From positions 2,140 through 66,139 of the IMG/VR virus record IMGVR_UViG_3300032245_001567: a stretch of DNA of 64,000 nt. One strand, 5' to 3'. The translations under genes were made by a program, and so were the position numbers. Below the pieces are notes generated by a model. It did no database searches. It saw only the letters and a list, made by a program, of their open reading frames with translations, and was not told the origin of the DNA. The DNA comes from a virus. Taxonomy: Duplodnaviria; Caudoviricetes. Below, piece after piece: positions 28,908-36,661 of the stretch (its first letter is position 1; each line of letters begins with the position of its first letter).

Positions 28908-29509
28908 AGTTTGGCAAAATCTATATCTGAAGGATAGTGTAAGCCGTAGAATAATCTTTGCTCACTCACTTCATTCGCCATGGCTTGTAAATACTCATAG
29001 CGTTCAGGATACATCGCCCCTAAAGTTTCTTTAACCAATTCCATTTGGAAGGTATGCCCCGAAGGGAAAGAAGGCGTATCGGACGAAGCCGAAATCTTTG
29101 GGAATAATGAAACCTTATAATAGTTCGCTAAAACTTGTGGTCTTGGTCGGTTGTACTTAAATTTTATTTTCAGCAATAAAGGAAGTGTACTTTCAATAAT
29201 CTCATCTATGAGGTCATTGGTACTATCTCCATGGCTTTTAAATAATCTTTTGATTGCTTGTGATAGATTTGTATCATATAATTCATATCGCTTTTTCGTA
29301 TCCTCCGAAAGGCGGGTGAATTCTTTTTGATAGTCTACCAATGTATTCAATTCGTCTTTAACGAGTTCTGAATAGTTCTTGGGGCACTTTGTTTCAGTCA
29401 TCAAGGGAATTAGATGGTCAAACTCCGTTGCGGTCTGAACAATCGGAAGTTGGAGGTAATTTGGATTACCAAATACGACTACATCAATTGCTTGATTCAT
29501 ACTTTTCAC
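28853..29509 (-). CDS. PAP2/haloperoxidase-superfamily phosphatase
   Basis: KFKYNRPRP, PSFPSGH, RLFYGLHYPSD. Confidence 0.88.
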   Translation of the reverse strand: MKSMNQAIDVVVFGNPNYLQLPIVQTATEFDHLIPLMTETKCPKNYSELVKDELNTLVDYQKEFTRLSEDTKKRYELYDTNLSQAIKRLFKSHGDSTNDLIDEIIESTLPLLLKIKFKYNRPRPQVLANYYKVSLFPKISASSDTPSFPSGHTFQMELVKETLGAMYPERYEYLQAMANEVSEQRLFYGLHYPSDIDFAKLCAKKIIQSKEWNKKYNL

Positions 29510-29867
29510 CTCTAACTGCTCTTAAGTTTTTTTCGAGTTCAGCCAATTTGCTTGAGGTATCCGAATTGGTTTTGCCAATGTTCTTGATGGAGCGATTGTA
29601 ATAAATCGACTTGTATGCAAGACTAATCATGGTTAAGGCAAAAATACCAATTGCTAACCATTGGATTTTATCACCGCTCGATGTTTCGCCTCCGTCCCCA
29701 TAAGAATCACCGCCACTTGGAGCGGGTTCGGGCGCGGGTGTTGGCGCAGAAGCAGGTTCAGCAACGGGAGTTGGAGGAGGAACATTTGAAGGTTGTCCGT
29801 GAGGAAGTATATTCATAGCGTTTGACATCGAAGTTGTTTTTAATTTTGTGTTTTTGGTTTGTTCCAA
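29484..29867 (-). CDS. Pro-rich single-TM protein
   Basis: PAP repeats, YGDGG, TM. Confidence 0.65.
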   Translation of the reverse strand: MEQTKNTKLKTTSMSNAMNILPHGQPSNVPPPTPVAEPASAPTPAPEPAPSGGDSYGDGGETSSGDKIQWLAIGIFALTMISLAYKSIYYNRSIKNIGKTNSDTSSKLAELEKNLRAVRGEKYESSN

Positions 29868-30193
29868 GGCAAGACTTCAATTTCCATTAACTCATTCGGA
29901 TGATAAACGGAAACTTTAGCAAAATGGCTTTCAAGCATTTTGTGAAAAGCGTCTCGGTCTTTGTCGGATACTTTTTGTTCGTACCAATCGCAAACCTCTT
30001 GCTCGGTTAAATCGTCCAAAGGCTTGTAGGCGTGAGAGTAATATTTCTCAAAAGGGAAAGCACACTCCATATTCAACTTGATAATTACCTTATCTTTTTC
30101 TGCGGTTACAAGATAATTTACCCGCTCGACAAAAGATGGAAACTCACCAAAGTCCCTTACAAACATTTTCTCTACTCTAAATTCTATGTTCAT
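29840..30193 (-). CDS. fibre-associated/chaperone protein 2
   Basis: YKPLDDLTEQEVCDW...LPW, paralogue of 15196..15549. Confidence 0.6.
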   Translation of the reverse strand: MNIEFRVEKMFVRDFGEFPSFVERVNYLVTAEKDKVIIKLNMECAFPFEKYYSHAYKPLDDLTEQEVCDWYEQKVSDKDRDAFHKMLESHFAKVSVYHPNELMEIEVLPWNKPKTQN

Positions 30194-30220
30194 TTTGGTC
30201 GTGTTGTTGTTTATTTAAAA

Positions 30221-31876
30221 TTATGGGATAAGTGCAGACATCAATATTTTATACTTAGAGCCATTAATGGTAACTAACCAAGTATTTGCTTGAGCCACGG
30301 CTTCAGTAGTTACTGTGCCTACGTTTTTTCCCGCAGTAGAACTACCAACTACAAATTGATTTGAAGCAGTTGCGGTTGCACTATCGCCTAAAATAACAGA
30401 GTTGTTAAAGTTGCCAGTACTAACGTTATAACCTAAAGCAGAGTTATTTTGTCCTTGTCCATTTGCAGAAGCACCAACGATAGCATTAGTAGCAGATGTA
30501 GTACTTGAACTTATTTGATAGCCTATATAAGTGTTTCCTGCTCCTGTTGTTAAAGTGGTAGAGGAAATAGCACCTACAATTGTGTTAGTTGCACCTGTAG
30601 TTATACCAGAACCTGTGCCTGAACCAATTAACGTATTATTAGCAGCACTCGTTTGAGCAAATCCAGTGTTATATCCAATTGCAGTATTTCTACTTCCCGA
30701 ATTACTTGCACCACCAAGAGCGTTATAACCAATAGCCGTAGACTGACCAGTTGCGTTATTATTTGCAAGCAATGCTTGATAGCCAATAGCAGTATTTTGT
30801 GGTGACGTAGTTGCAGCACCTAAAGCGTCTTTACCAATAGCCACAACACCAATTGCAGTAGTAATCGAATCTCCTGCTTGATAACCAATGAAAACATTAT
30901 CTGAACCCGTAGAGACGTTAGTACCTGCTTGATAACCTAATGCAGTATTATTACCTCCAGTTGCTAATCGTAACGCTTGATAACCAAAAGCAGTTATTGC
31001 TCCACCATTACCTGTTAATCCAGCCTCAAATCCAAATGCGGTTAAACCAGTTCCATTTGTTGCGTTTTTACCCGCAAAAGCACCAAAAGCAGTATTATTA
31101 CTTCCACTTGTTATACCATACAATGATTGGTAACCAAATGAAGCGTTATAATCTCCGCTAATATTGGTAAGTAGAGATTGACTACCTACTGAAGTATTAA
31201 ATCTACCATTAATTAAATTTAATAAAGATCGATAACCTACCGAAGTATTATCGTTACTTGTGGCAACTAATAAAGATTGGTATCCAATTCCCGTGTTATT
31301 GTTTCCAGTCGATGCCCTTAGTGCTTGATATCCTAACGCAGTTAAACCTGTTCCAATAATATTTGTTAATGCCGATTCATATCCAACTGCTACGTTAGCA
31401 TCAGCCGTATTATTTTGAAGCGCAGTTCTTCCGATTGCGGTGTTGTTATTACCGATTAAGTTATTTTGAAGTGCTCTTCCCCCCAAGGAAATATTTCCCG
31501 TTCCCGTTGTGATAGAACTTCCTGATAAATATCCAACAGCCGTATTTGCTCCCGCAGTTGCGAGAGTCAATGCTTGATAACCGATAGCAGTGCTTTCAGT
31601 TCCAATTAGATTCGATTTTAATGCTTGATATCCGAATGCAGTTCCCCCCGTTCCCGTTGTATTTGAGGAAAGAGCGTCTGCACCAAAAGCGGTATTACCT
31701 ACTAACTTACCACCTCCACGATTTGTAATAGAAGTTGTTGATATTAAAAGAGGGCTATCATTACCCAAGCCATCAGAAACGGCTTTCAAAGTTGAAGTAA
31801 GATTAGCGTTATCAGAAAGTTTTAATAACGCTTGATATGTATTTGCGGGGGTTGTATTCGTTAAGGTATTTCCCAT
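30221..31876 (-). CDS. spike/fibre protein 2, beta-helical repeats
   Basis: Many NTAxGYQAL repeats; C-terminus NQFVVGS...WLVTINGSKYKIL shared with fibre 1. Confidence 0.82.
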   Translation of the reverse strand: MGNTLTNTTPANTYQALLKLSDNANLTSTLKAVSDGLGNDSPLLISTTSITNRGGGKLVGNTAFGADALSSNTTGTGGTAFGYQALKSNLIGTESTAIGYQALTLATAGANTAVGYLSGSSITTGTGNISLGGRALQNNLIGNNNTAIGRTALQNNTADANVAVGYESALTNIIGTGLTALGYQALRASTGNNNTGIGYQSLLVATSNDNTSVGYRSLLNLINGRFNTSVGSQSLLTNISGDYNASFGYQSLYGITSGSNNTAFGAFAGKNATNGTGLTAFGFEAGLTGNGGAITAFGYQALRLATGGNNTALGYQAGTNVSTGSDNVFIGYQAGDSITTAIGVVAIGKDALGAATTSPQNTAIGYQALLANNNATGQSTAIGYNALGGASNSGSRNTAIGYNTGFAQTSAANNTLIGSGTGSGITTGATNTIVGAISSTTLTTGAGNTYIGYQISSSTTSATNAIVGASANGQGQNNSALGYNVSTGNFNNSVILGDSATATASNQFVVGSSTAGKNVGTVTTEAVAQANTWLVTINGSKYKILMSALIP

Positions 31877-31878
31877 TG

Positions 31879-32028
31879 TTATCCAAAGTTACAATTGTTC
31901 CAAAATGTATTTATATCTTGCCAATACTCATAGTCGATGTATTGCCAAAAAGTCGTTGCAAAACAAGTGGGTGTTCCGCCCCCAAGGACGGAAAACCCAA
32001 TGATGTTTATGTTTGCTATTTCTAACAT
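31879..32028 (-). CDS. 49-aa spike adaptor-like protein (not in ORF track)
   Basis: MLEIANINIIGFSVLGGGTPTCFATTFWQYIDYEYWQDINTFWNNCNFG; exactly fills the gap. Confidence 0.7.
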   Translation of the reverse strand: MLEIANINIIGFSVLGGGTPTCFATTFWQYIDYEYWQDINTFWNNCNFG

Positions 32029-32297
32029 TAAGTTAAAGCGATTATTCCAGTAGCATTAGTGCCCGTTTGCCAAAGTTTTTTAACTTGGATAGGCAAAAAT
32101 GCTCCACTTGGTACGTTTTGAAAGGTCGCTATTTGACCTCCGATAGAAGTTACTTTTATATTCCCTCCAACACCTACATATAGGCAAACTCCGCTTTCGA
32201 TACTATCAGAGATGGGAATTCCACCAATGCTAATATTTGCGTTGTCGTTTGGGGTAATTTCTTGAAAATTATATGCTTGTAGTTGATAGACGGGCAT
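32028..32297 (-). CDS. vertex spike-base protein, RcGTA Rcc01079-like
   Basis: LYVGVGGNIKV...TFQNVPSGAFLPIQVKKLWQTGTNATGIIAL. Confidence 0.72.
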   Translation of the reverse strand: MPVYQLQAYNFQEITPNDNANISIGGIPISDSIESGVCLYVGVGGNIKVTSIGGQIATFQNVPSGAFLPIQVKKLWQTGTNATGIIALT

Positions 32298-32305
32298 AGT
32301 AGTAA

Positions 32306-32572
32306 TTATTTATTTTTTTCTTTGTTTGCAGGATTGTCGGGTGATTCCTCCAATGCCTTAATTAGAGTTTCCTCCGTGATTTGTTGTCCTATTGTTTGCG
32401 AAGCATTAAAATTTTCTACCAAACCTTGAATATGTTGGGCTAAAATATCGGTAGCAATAGTAATATGAATACTATCTGCTTGTCCGAATGCCCCTTTACG
32501 ATAACCTTGGTCAATGGTTTGAATAATAGTTGCTTTTGCATTCAATAACATTTCTAATTCTTCTCTTGTCAT
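32306..32572 (-). CDS. hypothetical protein
   Basis: Intact ORF behind a promoter. Confidence 0.65.
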   Translation of the reverse strand: MTREELEMLLNAKATIIQTIDQGYRKGAFGQADSIHITIATDILAQHIQGLVENFNASQTIGQQITEETLIKALEESPDNPANKEKNK

Positions 32573-32601
32573 AATTATAAATTTTATAGTGTTGTTTTTT
32601 T

Positions 32602-32609
32602 CAAATATA
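32602..32609 (-). promoter_or_regulatory. promoter -7 element
   Basis: TATATTTG. Confidence 0.6.
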
Positions 32610-32610
32610 C

Positions 32611-33006
32611 TTAGTTTTTCTTGTAAATCATCGAATCTAACATAGTAGAGTCCTTAGCCTTTTTGTAAGCCAAAAATTCAGCAAACAAAGTATCATTTTT
32701 CACTTGTATTGCATTTGTAACTTGCTCGAATAAACTCATCTTCTTTGCTAAGAAGTGGGTTTTTAGTTTCAAGATTTTCGCAGTACTATCCGCCATTTGA
32801 AATTTCTCCATCGCCATATCAATGTTTTTGTTGGTGATTTTTTGAGATTCTGCAATGGCAGATTGATTTTGCTTGTGTTCGTGTTTAGCAAGATTGATTT
32901 GCATTCTCAATTCATCTCTTACCTTCAATTCTTCTTTGGGAGTTGAAGTTGGAGCAGCGATAAGCCCCCCCAATAAAACGATGTACAATACAATGTGTGT
33001 TTTCAT
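32611..33006 (-). CDS. signal-anchored coiled-coil protein (possible lysis accessory)
   Basis: N-terminal hydrophobic segment, coiled coil. Confidence 0.55.
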   Translation of the reverse strand: MKTHIVLYIVLLGGLIAAPTSTPKEELKVRDELRMQINLAKHEHKQNQSAIAESQKITNKNIDMAMEKFQMADSTAKILKLKTHFLAKKMSLFEQVTNAIQVKNDTLFAEFLAYKKAKDSTMLDSMIYKKN

Positions 33007-33007
33007 G

Positions 33008-33316
33008 TTATTTGAATTTGCTGAGTTCTTTTCTTGTATTCAATTCGGCTCTCAAAGCACCTACATCTTCACGCAATGTTTTTATTTCCTCGATAGCAGC
33101 CTTCATATCAACGCGCATCATTTCAATCTGCTCGTCTTTTTTATTTAGGTCTTGCTTCATATCATATACAAAATAGCCCAATGCAGAAATAGCCATGAAT
33201 AACATAGCCGTAATTGGGTTCTTTACGAATTCCTTGTAAGTAACACCGCCAACTTTTGAAAAATCAACGGGTGTTGCTTGTTCTTGTTCATTTTTAATCG
33301 CTCTTGCCATTTTCAA
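33008..33316 (-). CDS. holin-like single-TM coiled-coil protein
   Basis: EFVKNPITAMLFMAISALGYFVY then coiled coil. Confidence 0.5.
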   Translation of the reverse strand: MKMARAIKNEQEQATPVDFSKVGGVTYKEFVKNPITAMLFMAISALGYFVYDMKQDLNKKDEQIEMMRVDMKAAIEEIKTLREDVGALRAELNTRKELSKFK

Positions 33317-33848
33317 TAGTTACTTTCTTGCCTTTTGTTGAAGTACGTTTTGTACTCTTCACAATAGCGGGTTTTTCGCTTGAAATTTGCGTTTCATTAA
33401 GCAAATTTAACACCTCTTGTGGAAGTTGCACATTCGATACTTCGCTCACCTCATTGGCTTCAATGTAATTATCATGGATAGGCTCGTTTTCTTCAATGAT
33501 GTTTGCTTCTTCAATAGTTTCTTGAACTATATCATTTAGCATTTCATCTTTCTTGGCAATTTCCGCCTGAATAGCATTCAAACGCTCTTGCTCTTTTGCT
33601 TTTCTCTTTTCGATGGCTTTCTTTTCGTTGATAACGAAGTTGATACCATTGTAAAGGATAGTACAAATTCCTACTCCAATCAAAGACCATTTCACAAATG
33701 GGTGAAATTTGCCCTTAATCCCTCCATAAATCATCACTGGTCCGACATAGACTACATCAAGTAATCTTACGGGTTGTGGGTCATACAAGAAATAAACTTG
33801 GTCTGCCACGTGGATGTTTTCGCCATTTTGTTCGGTTGTGTTGTTCAT
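33294..33848 (-). CDS. two-TM membrane protein with acidic tail
   Basis: VRLLDVVYVGPVMIYGG...TILYNG. Confidence 0.65.
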   Translation of the reverse strand: MNNTTEQNGENIHVADQVYFLYDPQPVRLLDVVYVGPVMIYGGIKGKFHPFVKWSLIGVGICTILYNGINFVINEKKAIEKRKAKEQERLNAIQAEIAKKDEMLNDIVQETIEEANIIEENEPIHDNYIEANEVSEVSNVQLPQEVLNLLNETQISSEKPAIVKSTKRTSTKGKKVTIENGKSD

Positions 33849-34234
33849 TATAATTTTGGTAAGTTTTTCAGATACGTTTTATAAACCGAGCCAATAATTG
33901 CTCCTCCCGAAACAAGAACCAATGCAAATTTCGCTTTTTCGTTGAAATTTCCTTTATGGAAATGAACCATAGCAAATACAAGCATCCACCACGTGGGTAA
34001 TGCGGTATAGTAGGCTCTTCCAATTTTTTGTTCTGCCTCTTTGGAAGTAATCAGACCACTCTGCTCTTGCTCTTTGAATTTGCGCATTTGGTAATACGCC
34101 CATGCACTTGCGGGGGTAGCAATAACATCGCTCACGATTGCTCCCGCCAATGCCGAGTACAACAAAGCGGTCTGATGATTACCTTGAGATAATGCGATTA
34201 CCTCTTTGGCTACTTTTTCGGTTAATGTTTGCAT
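33848..34234 (-). CDS. multi-TM membrane protein (start revised)
   Basis: Three hydrophobic segments. Confidence 0.65.
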   Translation of the reverse strand: MQTLTEKVAKEVIALSQGNHQTALLYSALAGAIVSDVIATPASAWAYYQMRKFKEQEQSGLITSKEAEQKIGRAYYTALPTWWMLVFAMVHFHKGNFNEKAKFALVLVSGGAIIGSVYKTYLKNLPKL

Positions 34235-34235
34235 T

Positions 34236-34346
34236 TTACTTTTGAGATTTTTCCCAAGCCTTTCCCGCAACGTAAACAGTTACAAAAAGACCTGCAAGTC
34301 CTAAAGCATAGCCAACTAAAGCGGGGAATAATTTTTCTTTTGCCAT
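34236..34346 (-). CDS. 36-aa TM protein (not in ORF track)
   Basis: MAKEKLFPALVGYALGLAGLFVTVYVAGKAWEKSQK, first gene after a promoter. Confidence 0.75.
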   Translation of the reverse strand: MAKEKLFPALVGYALGLAGLFVTVYVAGKAWEKSQK

Positions 34347-34381
34347 AATATTAAGTTTTAAAAAGTTTTGTTAAAGTAATT

Positions 34382-34389
34382 CAAATATA
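34382..34389 (-). promoter_or_regulatory. promoter -7 element
   Basis: TATATTTG. Confidence 0.6.
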
Positions 34390-34392
34390 AAA

Positions 34393-35235
34393 TTAGAAAG
34401 TGAATTTACGCAATTTTATTAATTCAAGGTATCCGCCCACGCCACAAATGCGTTTCACATAAGTTTTTGTAACGGGAGCAACTAATTCAGTCGGAAGCGT
34501 TAAATATTCGTCGGGAGTATATTTTGCCATTGAACTAACTCTCCATGGATTACCATTTTTATAAAAACCTCCGTTATATCCATTGATTACCCAATCAACA
34601 CGAATTCTATTGATTGAGCCTTCAGCAACTACGCTTAGGGATATAAGTTGAGATAAATACATCATACCAATATGCAAACCGAATAATTTATCGGTCATCA
34701 TTAACTGATTGTATTTGTTTTCGGGTTTTGCCGAATCATTTTTTTTCGGGAATTTTGGGTCATAAACAAGATAAATACCTCCTTCAACTGCACCTTTATA
34801 GGTCATCAAATCCTTTACTGATTTTTGTCTAAATTGAAGATTATCCCTATCCCAAAGGTCTGCCATTTTAGGGATTTTTACACCCTTCTTTAAAGTGAAA
34901 GCATTTGGGCATTTGTAGTAAATGTAGAAAAATTTGTTAAATGGGAATTCTTCGTCAAAGGCAAATTTGATTACCCCGTCCAAGGTTGCAGCATTTGTTT
35001 GCATTGCCCCATAAGATAAACCATCTTGACTTCTTCCCGTATTACCGCCATTTTCAACTACGGCTACGGAAAACGCCAACGCCAAATTAACATCATGAAT
35101 ATCCGCTACATCACGAATTTCTTTACCACTTTTATTAAAAGTAGATTGCATATCCGCTAATCCTTGGGCTTCAGTTCTATCAGAAGCATAAGAAACAAGC
35201 GGAGTTTTAATCTTTACATTGGTGATATTTGCCAT
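34393..35235 (-). CDS. lytic transglycosylase (SLT-like)
   Basis: AVVENGG catalytic Glu, GAMQ, GMMYL, GYNGG, TKTYVKRI. Confidence 0.78.
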   Translation of the reverse strand: MANITNVKIKTPLVSYASDRTEAQGLADMQSTFNKSGKEIRDVADIHDVNLALAFSVAVVENGGNTGRSQDGLSYGAMQTNAATLDGVIKFAFDEEFPFNKFFYIYYKCPNAFTLKKGVKIPKMADLWDRDNLQFRQKSVKDLMTYKGAVEGGIYLVYDPKFPKKNDSAKPENKYNQLMMTDKLFGLHIGMMYLSQLISLSVVAEGSINRIRVDWVINGYNGGFYKNGNPWRVSSMAKYTPDEYLTLPTELVAPVTKTYVKRICGVGGYLELIKLRKFTF

Positions 35236-35396
35236 TAGTCTAATTCAGCCTCCTCTAAAGCCTTACGATTTTCTCGATTTAGTTTAACTTCAATTCTCCT
35301 TGGAGTATTTCTCCAATATAAAAATCCTATCCCCGTTGCTACTAACAAAGCACCAAGTACAATAAGGACTTGTTTTTGATTACTTGTGATTACCAT
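35235..35396 (-). CDS. 53-aa TM protein (not in ORF track)
   Basis: MVITSNQKQVLIVLGALLVATGIGFLYWRNTPRR... Confidence 0.75.
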   Translation of the reverse strand: MVITSNQKQVLIVLGALLVATGIGFLYWRNTPRRIEVKLNRENRKALEEAELD

Positions 35397-35731
35397 AAAA
35401 TTTTATCTGCAAAGTACCCTTTTGTACCACGTTTATGTCTATCCTTTTCATGGCGTGTTTTATAGGCTTTTCTCCGCTTTTCAGCAGTACCTTTAGCAAC
35501 CTTGCCTTTATTTTCTAAAACCTTGAATGTTGGATAGTCGTTGTAGCCTAATGCGCCAACGGAAGCGAGTTTTTCGCCCTTTTTATTAAACACATCAATC
35601 TTCTTGCCCTTCGTATTTGAAGGCTTGATAGTAACGCCAAGTTTAGTGGCTTGAGAATAAGAATATGGGGTAATGCGATAAGAGGATTTCTTACCGCTAT
35701 TAGACCCAACAAGTTTTTTAAATATGCTCAT
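35390..35731 (-). CDS. basic protein, DUF5754-like
   Basis: KKIDV...VGALGYNDY...RRKAYKTRH...KILW. Confidence 0.7.
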   Translation of the reverse strand: MSIFKKLVGSNSGKKSSYRITPYSYSQATKLGVTIKPSNTKGKKIDVFNKKGEKLASVGALGYNDYPTFKVLENKGKVAKGTAEKRRKAYKTRHEKDRHKRGTKGYFADKILW

Positions 35732-35736
35732 TAATA

Positions 35737-36204
35737 TTACTCTCGATTAAGGGTGTTTACCGCACCCAAAGTCAAGAGTAAAGCAGTTATACCAAAAATC
35801 CATTTGATAGCCCCACCTTTTTTCTTGGGCTTATCATCATGGTTATTAGGTACGGGAGGCGTAGGAGGAGTTGGGTTATCAACCTTATCAGTTGGTGGTG
35901 TAGGAGGCTCATCAATAGGAGCGGGAGGTGTTGGAGGTTCATTTAACTTATCCAATTTTTCTTTCAAAATTTGGATTGAGTTTAGAATGCCTTTTTCCAA
36001 TTCCTTCAAATATTCTTCAGCCTCTTCAATCTTTTCCCCAATTTCACTCTTTACGTCTTCGTCTTCTTCTTCTTCAAATTCAGTGCGAGATTCCTCAAGC
36101 GTTTCAGCCAAACCTTCATAGTGAAGAATTTTATTCTGAACTGCCTTTGGTAATTCTTCTTGTTTAAACCCGTTCTTTTCTAACGCTAATTCGATGTTGT
36201 TCAT
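35737..36204 (-). CDS. acidic coiled-coil, Pro-rich, C-terminal TM protein
   Basis: EPPTPP repeats, TM at end. Confidence 0.7.
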   Translation of the reverse strand: MNNIELALEKNGFKQEELPKAVQNKILHYEGLAETLEESRTEFEEEEDEDVKSEIGEKIEEAEEYLKELEKGILNSIQILKEKLDKLNEPPTPPAPIDEPPTPPTDKVDNPTPPTPPVPNNHDDKPKKKGGAIKWIFGITALLLTLGAVNTLNRE

Positions 36205-36230
36205 GTGTTTTCAATTTTGGTGCTAATATA

Positions 36231-36238
36231 CAAAATTA
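36231..36238 (-). promoter_or_regulatory. promoter -7 element
   Basis: TAATTTTG. Confidence 0.55.
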
Positions 36239-36249
36239 CGATAAATAAA

Positions 36250-36645
36250 TTATTTTCGGTACTTTGCTACTTTATTAGCGACTTTTTTAGGTTGGGCAAC
36301 AAATTGTTCCCCCTTTTTTGTGCCAATTCTTTTAGCCCTTGTGGTCTGAGCATATTCACTTGGTGTAAGTGCATTTATTGCTTTTAAGGGTAAATACCTT
36401 TCGCCCGTCTCTTTACTTGGCTTACCGCTTTTGGTAGTCCAATTTTGTTTTGTCCATTTAACAAGGGAGTTGGAGGGAGATTTCTTCCCTTTGTATCCAC
36501 CCCCTTGTTCTTTGTACATTGCAACCGCCAATTGTGCTTTTCGAGCAGACCATTGGTTTGCCTTTCCACCCTTAGTACCAAGTTTGACTTTTTTGACAAT
36601 CTTTTCCCAAAGGGCTTGGTTGGTTCTTGTTGCAGTTATGGACAT
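36250..36645 (-). CDS. basic protein, DUF5872-like
   Basis: QWSARKAQL...YKEQGGGY...LVKWTKQNW...RYLP. Confidence 0.8.
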   Translation of the reverse strand: MSITATRTNQALWEKIVKKVKLGTKGGKANQWSARKAQLAVAMYKEQGGGYKGKKSPSNSLVKWTKQNWTTKSGKPSKETGERYLPLKAINALTPSEYAQTTRAKRIGTKKGEQFVAQPKKVANKVAKYRK

Positions 36646-36661
36646 TTTTTGGCGAAAATTA

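Noticed and set aside
15558-31876. Fibre paralogues as a DGR template/variable pair or invertible cassette
   Set aside because: Divergence is not adenine-specific, both are intact ORFs, and no RT or invertase is in the window
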